Assembly: GCA_002269645.1 (NCBI GenBank)
Contig: NIVC01001659.1
Span: 186,001-250,000 of the forward strand
Length of the DNA: 64,000 nucleotides
Direction: 5' to 3'
Source of the DNA: Macrostomum lignano
Taxonomy: Eukaryota
The notes under the pieces were generated by a model, which made no database searches, was not told where the DNA came from, and was given only the letters and a program-made list of their open reading frames with translations. Position 1 is the stretch's first letter. Each line of letters starts with the position of its first letter. The translations under genes were made by a program, and so were the position numbers. Below are positions 12,114-23,600 of this stretch, piece after piece.

Positions 12114-13004
12114 AGATTGAAAGCTATTGTTGAATTTTGTATTTTTAGAAAATTAGATGTATGTTTACAGACTACTACTATACATGTACAAGTCTCCTTG
12201 ATCGTATTTTCTAACCTTAAGACGGTACTCATAATTTATTTAAAGTCGCATGTCACACTTTGCACAACGCTTTACATGTGCGTATAACAATTTTCACAGT
12301 CAATCATTTTTATAAATGTCAACAAACAGAACATTTCTCATCTTTATTTCCAGTCAAGATCGTGTGCTGCTTCTACCTGGGGAGCAGGAGTCAGGACCAG
12401 AAATAATTCTGTAATCCGGTCAGCAACGCAAGAGGCACTTCAACCTCAACAGTCAATATTTTACGATAACTAAATCTATGTACAAGTGCACAAGCACGAA
12501 GCATACATGTACATTTGCATGATCATTAGAATACGATTTTTTACTTTAAAAGTATCCACAAGTACGCTCGTACATGTACACTCAGCTGTTTATTTGTTTA
12601 TTGTTACTGAAAATTATCAATATTAAATATAGCCAGAATTGTTACAGCATAGTCAATAATGAAAAGCGATTTCACAAGTTTTTCTTAAAAATTGAGCAAG
12701 AACAGCTTGCGAACTCTCTGTCAATGGACATTATTGCACCCAGCAGTCCTTAGTAGTGTTTTCAAAGGTATATGTAACATAGACTACTAGGTATATACAT
12801 GTAAGCAGGGGCGTCGCCACCAAGGGGGGGGGGGTAGGGGAGACATGCCCCCCCCAGTGAAGGCTATGGGGGGCATGCCAAAGCTTGCCCCCACCCACCC
12901 CACCTTGTGACCCGTTGGGGAATTAAGAATTTGGCTTAGGGCGTCATATAATATTGTAATTAATTAACATAATTGATTACACCGTACCTGCCCTTGATGT
13001 GGAG

Positions 13005-13525
13005 CACAATAATTGCCCGCAGTGCAGTTTGCCCGCCGAGTTTTGCCAGCAATGTTTCTTTATGCAACTCATTTAGCCTCGCGGCAGATTATGTCTATAC
13101 ATTTGCCCGCCCCCAATGCTTAGTACCGCGTAGTGTACATGTACAGTATAACATGTCTTAATAAAGAGATTTGGGGGACAAAGCGACACGTACAGCATAT
13201 GATGAGTTAATAGCTCACCGATGTACCCCTGGATGGATATATAGAACTGAATGCCTACAAGAAAAATATGAATTTGATATGCAGTAACAATCAAAAGGTT
13301 TCGATCGGGTACATGTTGATCTCTTCATTAAGACTTACAAGCGTTAAGGGGAGGCAATGCAGACAAAATCTGCCGCATGGCTATATGCGCTGCAGGAAAA
13401 AAGCATTCCGGGCAAGGCCATTCGCTCGGGGGAAATTCACTCGCAGGCAAATTGCACTAGGAAAATCTCGGCGGGCAATTTTCTCGGCAGGTATGCAATT
13501 CCTCTGCGGGCAATTCACATGGACC
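13005..13525. mobile_element. MITE/foldback-like element with subterminal inverted motif arrays
   Basis: aattgcccgc / ttgcccgccgag at about 13011-13050 mirrored by ctcggcgggcaatt / gcgggcaatt at about 13465-13515. Confidence 0.45.
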
Positions 13526-14949
13526 TGCCCTGATGGGCAGATGTGCAACCGACAGATCAGCCGCAGCTATTGCGCAGCGCATCTGAAGGCTGCGTACTGA
13601 ATCCCAAGGACTGGGCCGGGTCGCCACACCCCTCAATTACACACTAACTGTACCCCCAGCTAATTCTGGTACCCAACAGGGTGAACACCAATTCTGTTAG
13701 ATGTGCAATGTTCCAACTGCTACTACGAGTAAACATTCAACCTTCCGTAATCGGTTCATTTGAGCAGGATGTTGGTCCCTAAGTGTATTTCGATTACAAC
13801 TTGTCGTTGTCGCGGGTTCAATTATTTTATAAATAGTTTAACAAAACTTTACACAGCATTGTATTTTACTAACCAGCAAGCATTTGTATTCAAATCTATT
13901 TACTGTTTAAAAACCTTGTTCACCATTTTTTCATGTGTTGATGAAGCAAGTCATTCATAGAAGAGTTTTCTTTGAAATAGATGACGTGACGCAAAATTGA
14001 AAAGTTGACTTGATTCACAAGGTTACAGCTAAAGTACCGAACGACATAGGCCCCCTACGGCCTACTTTAAGGATGAAAAGCAGTCACCAAAATCAAAAGC
14101 AAAACTTAAATAATATTTTATGTTAATTTTTGGTTTATGGTGGCATCGCTATTTTGGTTTTCAGCCAAAAGCTTTTGGTTTGGTTTTGATATTTTGGATT
14201 TGTGATGTTTCGGGTTATGATGGGCGTTGCTTAGTACTAGCCATTGCATTGATATATTCTTGGTTTGGGATATTTCGGCTTTGTGTGATATTTCGGGTTT
14301 ATGATATTTTGGGATTGTGATTGTAAGCACTTTTCAGTTCAGACTCAGAGTTGTGATATTTTGGGTTTGTAATGCACCACAAGGCCCCAGCCTCCCTTGA
14401 TATATATGTAGGCCTGGCCTATTTAGTTTTCTATTCCATGCTCCTAATAATAATAAATCGATTTTTCGACAAATACTGGTATCATTGGGCCATAGCAACA
14501 TAGCCTAGCCATAGGTATCTATTTTGTCAATTTAAATTTTTTGTTCTAAACAAATTTAATGAAAAAAACTTTATTAAGCCTATGGTATAGTCTATTAACA
14601 AAAGTAAACATAAAATTTTAGCAAATAACTGATTTCAATATAAATACAATAATTGAGTAATAATAGAATATGATATAACAAAATAAAAGCTAAAAGCATT
14701 GATAAATAAACCTAAGTTCTAACATGGAATCTTCTAGCTCTTATCTTTATAACTAGCTAGGCTATTGAAATGGGAGTTGTTATTACTTATTGCTATAGTT
14801 ATGGACTTAAGTGAGATTTTAAAGGTTGAAAATGATGCAAAAAATGAAAATTCCTAAAACTTAAAAATTTGATTGTTATGTATTGAACTGGTTTTTATAA
14901 AAATCCAAAATTGTCTAAGAAACTTGGACAGAATAGTTAGTCACATGAT

Positions 14950-15780
14950 TGCTCTTAGCCAATAGCAACTTACATGTATGTGTTGCCAGGTAAATCCTTA
15001 GGTTGCACAGTATATGAGGGACAGTGCCTCTGGATTGCCTGCAGGTAGTGCAGTTTGTCTAAATTGAGTGGTGCTAGGTCCTAATCCACACTTTGATGTG
15101 CAAGTTGATGACACAGCCAGGAATCAAGACAAGGGATTTGGGAGTTGGGACCGAGAAAGGAGCCAGAGGTGCCAACTTTTGCAAAGGTATCAGCCAACTC
15201 ATTTCCTCAGATCTCCATATGCCCTAGAACCCACTTAATGATGATTTTATTGGTGGAGCCCAACATGTTGAGAAGTTTGATACAGTTAAGGACTGTAGCA
15301 GAATTGGTACTACAGCCATTGATGGTATGCAAGGCAGCTTGGCTGTCCAAATAGAAAATGATATTCTTACTAGTTATACCAATGGCGAGAAACTGCAATG
15401 CAGGAGCTGATGGTAAGAACTTCATTTTGGAAGACACTAGAGTTGACCCCAGTGTACTGAGCATAGGTTGCGATGACCCTCTCATTCAAGAAGATTCCAA
15501 TACCAAAACCAGTGTTGGCTGACTGCTAAGAACAGTCAGTATAGCAGTGAAGCTCACCAGGGTTCTAGTGGTCATTGATGGTATTGCACAAGTCAATAGC
15601 TATGGAGTAGTGTTGTCTCAGGTTAAGCATTGAAGCAATGCCATTGGGGAAAGCAGGATTGGCCTGACACTTGTTGAGAATATTGAGGCATAGGTTGCTA
15701 TGCGGGATGAGGTTCCACTTAGCAGGTGCCCTTATATAAAGGAATTTGACACTGGCATCAAGTAAACACCGCATTGTTCT
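14950..15780 (-). mobile_element. Decayed non-LTR retrotransposon ORF2 C-terminus (RNase H domain)
   Basis: Minus strand reads SVFQNEVLTI (other frame), IFYLDSQAAL and IKWVLGHMEI*GNELADTFAKVG, i.e. the RNase H motifs SVFQAE / YSDSQAAL / WVPGHxGIxGNExADxxAK with stops and frameshifts. Confidence 0.8.
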
Positions 15781-16087
15781 AGCCACTTCACCCTTGATTT
15801 TAAGTCATTATTCCCTATACTGCTATAATAAAGTTTTCTTTAAAACCATTGAAGGTCTTATGACTTTGCCAATGTGTAGACCTATACAAATGTATAAAAA
15901 TAGGGTTTTGCTAATGTCAATGAATAACTTATTAAATAAATTATATAGAATACATTAATAAATAAATTTAGGATTATTTACCTATTGAAGTAGTTAGGGT
16001 TTCTTCCCAGTTCAGGCACTTAAGATTACCTTAAATCTCGAGCCTCTTCAGTGGGAAGTTCTCTTAGCTCTCTCAGTAGCGTAGGTA

Positions 16088-16970
16088 GTGCTGCCACCAG
16101 TTCCTTCAGGTCTCGGCCTTCGGTAAGGTGAGCTTCCCGTCGGAACGAAATAATGAAGGAAATGAACACAGCACGACGTGCAGATTTGCAGTTCAACATA
16201 TAAGGCGTCTCATCAGCAGCACCTGCCGGGCTTGGAGGGTACAGGGAGGGCTGAGTTAGCCTCTCGTAGGCTTGGGGTGGCTTGGTTGGGTCTCAGTCGG
16301 AGCAATAGGAACAGATTCAATAAACGCAGAGACTCGGACACTCGGGACTTAGTCGCACGCGGACGTAGAACTCGAGGTTGAACAGAAAGAAGACTCCTTG
16401 ACAGAAACAAGGGGGAGAGGGCTCCTATTTATAGCCGGGAAATGCCCGCGCACAAGACCTTGTGACTTGTTCTATTTTTAGAACTGACGTCACTCGAGAG
16501 TCTTGGGCAGGGTACAAGCGTGTGGAAGACCTCGTGACTTGTTCTATTTTTAGAACTGACGTCACTTGAGGGTCCCGGCAGAGTACACATGGCTGTGACT
16601 CAGTTGCTATTTTTAGCAACATGAGTCACTCCTCTCCTTAGAGAAGGGAGGGGTCCGAAAGCATGTGACTCACCCAGTAAACAGGGCCAACGAGTGCAGT
16701 AAACATGTTTACTGCACTTTAAGATTCAAAGAACGCAAGAGCTGTCATGTGACTTGCTCACATGACAGAGGAAAACAGGATGGAAACGAAACAGAGACAG
16801 CCCACAGTCGAGAGACTGAGGGCTGAGAACGGAGACGCCGCAGCAGGGCGAAAAGGGACACGGGGGGCAACAGGCAAACGAAAGGGGGGCGGGAAGCTGA
16901 CCAGCGGCAGACAGCAACCCAAAGGGAGGGCAAGGGAGCGGCTGACAAGGGCGACGCCTAACAATAAACT
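16088..16970 (-). mobile_element. Probable LTR (about 16099-16970, AGTT...AACT termini) followed by a tRNA-Leu PBS
   Basis: Minus strand: TATA-like ggctataaatagg (about 16425-16437), 2-3 tandem enhancer-like units containing TGACGTCA (16460-16620), end ggaacT overlapping TGGTGGCAGC (16099-16090). CpG-rich relative to both flanks. No TSD or second LTR found. Confidence 0.5.
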
Positions 16971-17604
16971 AGCGGCTCACTACGCTATTTATTTTTCTTA
17001 AAATTTTTCAACTCACTTTTGCCAAATGGCCTCTGAGGTCAATACCAATGCAAAAATCATTGGTATTTATAGAAAGTCTAGTAAATGTAATACTTCAAGG
17101 AAAGTCTGATGATTGAGTGGCAAGGACCATAGGTTTTAAACATTTATACTAATAGAAGCTTTGGAAATGTCATGGGCAATGTATTGCTCTTTGGTCATTG
17201 TTGGCTAAGCATGTTTCTATTTATCTTGTACTTAGCGTAGTAAGTATATTACATATAAACATATAATTTTTTACTATTTGCTCTATATGCAAAAACCCCT
17301 TTGTTTTTATATTTATAGTATAATAAAATCCTATAAACTATTAAGGCCTTTTTCTTGATATTATAGTTGGCATTTGCAGCAAAATAGCATTATTTTTATG
17401 TAATTGCAATTGGGTGGTCTAAACTGTTATTTTTATCATTGGTTATAACTAATATGTTGGCATAAATTCAACAGGGTTACAGGATATTCAAGCTTAAGCA
17501 CCCTTTGCATAGCAGAAAGTAATGCTAAAAGTTGTAGGACTTTATTACAGCCCAACAAGTCAGTGCAGCCTAACCCAGGCAGTTCCAATGCTATTTCAGG
17601 TAGC

Positions 17605-20600
17605 ATGGAGAGTCAGGACTATTGGAGTGATGTGAATGCAGTTGGCGACTACTACATCAGGTATGAGTGATGGAGCAAAATTGTTATTGAATTTTACCAC
17701 AATGCTAAAAGTTTTTGCAAATCTGTAACCCACACACACCCCAGGCATGACAATGTCTACACAATGAAGTTCATGCGGCACCTGCCCAACCTGAACAGCC
17801 ACCTCACAGCCCTGGCCCAGTATGGCGGCCCGCTGGCCGTGTTCCGCCGCAACGATCTCAATGAGGAGTCCAGAATGGAAATTTTCAATGCAGTGGGTCA
17901 GCTGATCACCGAGTTCAAGGTTGGCAATGCGGTTTTGCAATAAGTGCCAAGCTTCAGTTCAGAAGAGCCCAGCTCCCAGATTCATCAGTAGGCGCCACAA
18001 GCCCGGCTCCCAGATTCATCAGTAGGCGCCACAAGCCCGGCTCCCAGATTCATCAGTAGGCGCCGCAAGCCCAGCTCCCAGATTCATCAGTAGGCGCCGC
18101 AAGCCCGGCTCCCAGATTCATCAGTAGGCGCCACAAGCCCGGCTCCCATTTTCATCATTAGGCGCCACAAGCCCGGCTCCCAGATTCATCAGTAGGCGCC
18201 ACAAGCTCGGCTCCCAGATTTATCAGTAGGCGCCACAAGCCCGGCTCCCAGATTCATCAGTAGGCGCCACAAGCCCGGCTCCCAGATTCATCAGTAGGCG
18301 CCACAAGCCCGGCTCCCAGATTCATCAGTAGGCGCCGCAAGCCCGGCTCCCATTTTCATCATTAGGCGCCACAAGCCCGGCTCCCAGATTCATCAGTAGG
18401 CGCCACAAGCCCGGCTCCCAGATTCATCAGTAGGCGCCACAAGCCCGGCTCCCAGATTCATCAGTAGGCGCCGCAAGCCCAGCTCCCAGATTCATCAGTA
18501 GGCGCCACAAGCCCGGCTCCCATTTTCATCATTAGGCGCCACAAGCCCGGCTCCCAGATTCATCAGTAGGCGCCACAAGCCCGGCTCCCAGATTTATCAG
18601 TAGGCGCCACAAGTCCAGCTCCCAGATTCATCAGTAGGCGCCACAAGCCCGGCTCCCAGATTCATCAGTAGGCGCCACAAGCCCGGCTCCCAGATTCATC
18701 AGTAGGCGCCGCAAGCCCGGCTCCCATTTTCATCATTAGGCGCCACAAGCCCGGCTCCCAGATTCATCAGTAGGCGCCACAAGCCCGGCTCCCAGATTCA
18801 TCAGTAGGCGCCACAAGCCCGGCTCCCAGATTCATCAGTAGGCGCCGCAAGCCCGGCTCCCATTTTCATCAGTAGGCGCCACAAGCCCGGCTCCCAGATT
18901 CATCAGTAGGCGCCGCAAGCCCAGCTCCCATTTTCATCAGTAGGCGCCGCAAGCCCAGCTCCCAGATTCATCAGTAGGCGCCGCAAGCCCAGCTCCCAGA
19001 TTCATCAGTAGGCGCCGCAAGCCCAGCTCCCAGATTCATCAGTAGGCGCCGCAAGCCCAGCTCCCAGATTCATCAGTAGGCGCCACAAGCCCGGCTCCCA
19101 GATTCATCAGTAGGCGTATCAAGCCCGGCTCCCAGATTCATCAGTAGGCGCCACAAGCCCGGCTCCCCAGAAAATCAATCAATGAACCCACAGAAAATGA
19201 GCTGAAGAGGCAACGAACCCCCCCCCCCCAAACCACAGTGGACCAGCGGCAACCTGCTCACGATGTCGTGGAGCAGCACCGAGAGTCTCGTCTGCGTCCA
19301 GACTGACGGCTCCGTGCTTATCTACCAGCTCATGGGCGGCTCACCCCAGCTCAAGAAATTCAATATTAATGCGAAAACCAGCGAACAGGTGGCCTCGGCA
19401 AAATTTTACGAGTCTCAGTTTGGCACCGGGGTTGCCATAGCAACTAGCACCGGCCGGTTCTCATTTCTCAACCGACTGGAGAATTTCAGCCCCAAGCCGC
19501 TGGTTGGACAGAACGGTGAGTTATCCTGATATTTCATGAATTTACTGAGTTCAAATCCTAAGGTACAGAGTTCGAGTCCTAAGGTTCAGAGTTCGAATCC
19601 TCAGTTTCAGAGTTCAAATCCTAAGGTACAGAGTTCGAGTCCTAAGCTACAGAGTTCGAATCCCAAAGTAGCGAGTTCGAATCATTTTTAAAAAAGCTTT
19701 CTGTTTTTTGCAACAATAGCTGTTTTTGCTGTACTCATCCTATAAAAGTAAAAGCTTGATTTAAATGAGTTTTTCTCTTGAACTCAAACCGGTCAGCCAA
19801 AAGTCTATCCAGTTTGGATAAAGGAGGAATTCATATCGTTTGTCTTATTTCGGACTGGGTTTTTCACAGCTAGTTAATCAGTTTTACTCGTTCTTAAGAA
19901 AGAAGATTGTTTAAGACAATGTACTTACTACTCATAGCATAAATTGTTGTTTGCAGTTCTGCCGCATTTTTATCAACAAAATTTGGTGCAGAAAGTACCA
20001 TTAATTTTCTACTTTATTATAGCATCAAACATATACCAGTTATACAGTTAATACTACTGCCCTAAGTAGCGCTGGCGGTGCTGAAAAAAAACAAAGCTAT
20101 ACAAGGCTTGGCAAAAGCAATGGCTTGGCAGTCTAAGGTCACTAGAAGGTCACCGCAGAGCAGCGCCCGGCTGTCAGACCTCGCGCACCGCGCCCGTGCA
20201 GTCGCCTTTTCCGGCAGCGCCTGGCGCCGCGGCTGCCCCGGCGGCGGACTTGCAGCCGGCCCGGTAAATCCGATAGCTGCGGCAGCACATGGACAGCCAG
20301 AGCAGCAGCATTACAGTTGCTATGCCGCACATGACCAGGCTGAACACCAGCTGGGAGGTGTCCCGGGACAGGTACAGCATGCCACCGGCCAGGCCCACTG
20401 CAACCAGCATCAGCACCGAGTGCACCGTGATAATCTTGCCCGGAGCAGTGCCGCAGTAGCTCCTGCTGTTGCTGCCGTAGTCCTTCGCCAGGCCGCCGCT
20501 GTCCTCAGCGTCAGTCAGCGGGTTCAGCGAGCTGCTGTTCTGCGTCATTTTCTAGCCGGTGTCGGGCCTTCGCGCCGCTGCAAAATGGCGGAATTGCTTT

Positions 20601-23600
20601 ATTTTGAGCTGCTTGGGCACTTTTTTTTCTAATTTGTTGCGGCGAGCGCGGGTTCGGAGAATGAGAGCTGCCTGCCTGTCTGTCCTAGCGCGCGTCTGCC
20701 ATATCTATTCTCATTTGGCATTCGAGTGCCCCCCCTGCGCTCCCAACTGCGCGCACCCGCATTCAGGAAATATTTCTGAGCTGAGCAATGGCGGCAGCAG
20801 GGGATATGAATGCACATATCGATTTCTGCCCCGCTGCTACGGGACCGAGACCATTCTGTCAGCGAGCTCCCTCTGGCGCTGAAGCTGTTCCCGTCTGACT
20901 TGTCCAGTTTTAACTTGAATTCTGTGCTTATCTAATTTCAGAATGAAATAGTGAATCAACTTGAGAGCTTTAATTACAAGTTACTAATACGTTTTCTTGA
21001 AGGTTAGTGAACTTGAGCGTCTAAAAGCGAAATGAAAGTGTGTATTTAGTATTATCTGTTGCACTTGTACGAAGACCTAAGCTTGATGAAGCCAAAACGC
21101 TACACACATACACATATCTTGGAATCATTTCCGAGTAACTTTGCGTGGAAAGCGGTGCGCCAGTCTAAGCTACGGGTAGGTTTACTTAAAGCGTCCGCTG
21201 TCGGTCATTTGTTGACTACGCTCTGCGTCCGGTGGTAGATCCAGCTGCCGATGAGCACCAGCTGGCTGACCTTCTTGTTCATGACCGACGGGTCCCAGGA
21301 TGCGCTCTCCCGCTGCAACATGGTGAAGATGCTTGGCTCCACCAGCTCCTGCATGCCGGCGGTGGCCTCGGCCTCGCTCTCGCCGGCCAGCATGGCCGTG
21401 TCCTTGTAGATCTCGCTCATTGTGTCGAACAGTGCGTTCAACTTGGCGTCCATGTTGGCCACATGCCAGCCAATCATCTCACAGCTTCTGGCCCCGGTAG
21501 GGTAGCTCACGGTGGTGGCCATGTTGCACTGCAGATTCGCCGGCTTCGGTTTGGAATTTCTTGCTGAGCAGCCGCTGTTCTGTTGGTTGCTCTGGCGTGT
21601 GTGACTCGGCTGCTGGTGTGTCGGGTTCTGGCTGCCGGATTTGTACGACCTTGGCCTTTGCTGCTCAGGCCGCGGCTGATGCTCAAACTGGCGATGCCGA
21701 TGCTTCCGCTGGTCGGGGTGGTGGTCGAATTCGTACTGGCCTTGGTCTCGCGTTGACCTGTGCTGCCGTTTTCTCTGCATCTTGGTAGATATTTTTTCAA
21801 GAGTCTTGTTGATCGGTTCGATTCATTATCGCGCGGTTGTTATCGCTTTTTCGGACCAATTTAATCATTTTATATACCAAATTCGCTCTGTCATCCCATT
21901 CCAACAGTTGAAAAAAATTGCTGACTTTTGGCCATAGACATCTTTTTTAGTCCAATTTAAGGGAAGAGCCCAGCAATTTGAGGCTTATGCTTTAAATTTG
22001 CCTTAGACGAAATGAATCTTAGACCAACTTTCCCTACTCCATGGCTGCTCCTGGACCCAGAGGTCCGTACATGACGATTTCAATGGAAACACGCGAACGT
22101 CTAATTCAAGTTAATGAAACTGGAGAGAACATGCACACCGTCTGTAGGATTTTCAATGTGAAGGGGAGAACTGCTGCGTTCATTCTGCGTCACTGCAAGT
22201 TGCATGGCAGACGTGGGTGGTCGTCAAGTGGCCAGCTGTAAAGTTCACGAGGATATACGCCTTGCACTGTAGAAAATCATTGACGAAAATCCATTGGCAA
22301 CGCTGCAAATGATACAGGAGCAACTCGGAGAACGATTGTCACACAAGCCACGCATTGGCCTGACCACCATCTCAGAAACGCTACAGGGCATGCTGCTTAC
22401 TATGCTCAAAGCTGCTCAAAGCGTCACCAATGGATCCGATCTGCCGGACGTTAAAATGCAACAAAGAAAACAATGTCAGGCGTCGCGACTTCGCTCTGGA
22501 GTTCGTGAATTTGCCTATGGACTCGGTGACTGATTAGTTGGACGAGGCCAGGTTCAACCTCAGGGCGCGAAGAAGTCGAAGACCGATTTGAGCACTCGGC
22601 ACAGCGGATATAGGCCTTGAAAATAGGCAGAAATAAGTTTTGCACATTCACAATAGACAGCATCTTCCGGATCAGATTACACCAGAGACAAATTCTGTCT
22701 CTTTTTGAAAGCAATCCCTGCCTGTTTTCTGATCAAGTTGTAGCTGAGAACATCCATTTTAAACAGATTTTGTCCATATGAAAATTCTGCTGTTTTGGTT
22801 TTAGAGCTTAACACAAGTTACAACATATGCCCAGGGTCAGGTGACAGCTTCAAGGGCGTGCCTCCAGTCCTAATGCGAATACTAACCGCATCAAAGGTGT
22901 CTGAAGCGTCAGAACTCAGAGAGGATATCTGAAAGAGTTTAAGTCTGATCCGGTATTCTGATTTGGACACTGCGTATAAAAGTTTTATTCCAATAATACT
23001 ACTGTTCGCTACATTTTGTAGTAGTTTGTAAGCACCTTGACGCTTTCGCTGTTTTTTGCCTTACTATATATAGCCAAGTCCAGTAGTAAACTTATGTGCA
23101 GTTTACGTCAAGAAAAGCAAGTAGCTGGCTGTCAGCCTCGGCGTGCATCATCGGATGCTGCTGTTTCGGTACAGAAAATTCTGCGCAAGTTTATTACTGC
23201 GCAGGCAGGCATGAATCACCCCACTTTCTGATCTGCTTGGTTTCTTCTAAGTTGAACTTCATCTAAGGTAGAGAGTGGACTGGGAAGAAAAGCAGCGCCG
23301 TTGGGATCCGCCGGATCGATTTTCTTGCGTCCGTCTGTACGTTGGTGCCTCCACAGCGCTGTCCAGTACTCCTCGGTCGGTTGGCCACCAAATAGAGAGA
23401 ATTGAGCGGCTTTGAACTCTCTGAATTTCCTGTTAAAGAGGCTAGCGCCCACCCGGTTCCGTTAGAAACAATCGAGAATTTCTCCAAGCCAGCGCCATCC
23501 AATAACCTCAGCATGTCTGTCTGCATATTGCCCAGTCTCTGTCTCCTGGTTCTGGCCGCGGCCGTCTCCGCCGCCCCGGACACCTCCCTATACGAAGGCG

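Noticed and set aside
17966-19170. CRISPR-like appearance of regular arrays
   Set aside because: Units are head-to-tail without unique spacers, there are no cas genes, and the context is eukaryotic.
22560-22714. Minus-strand NLFLPIFKAYIRCAE resembling a Tc1 C-terminal segment (possible internal inversion)
   Set aside because: Similarity is too short to distinguish from chance.
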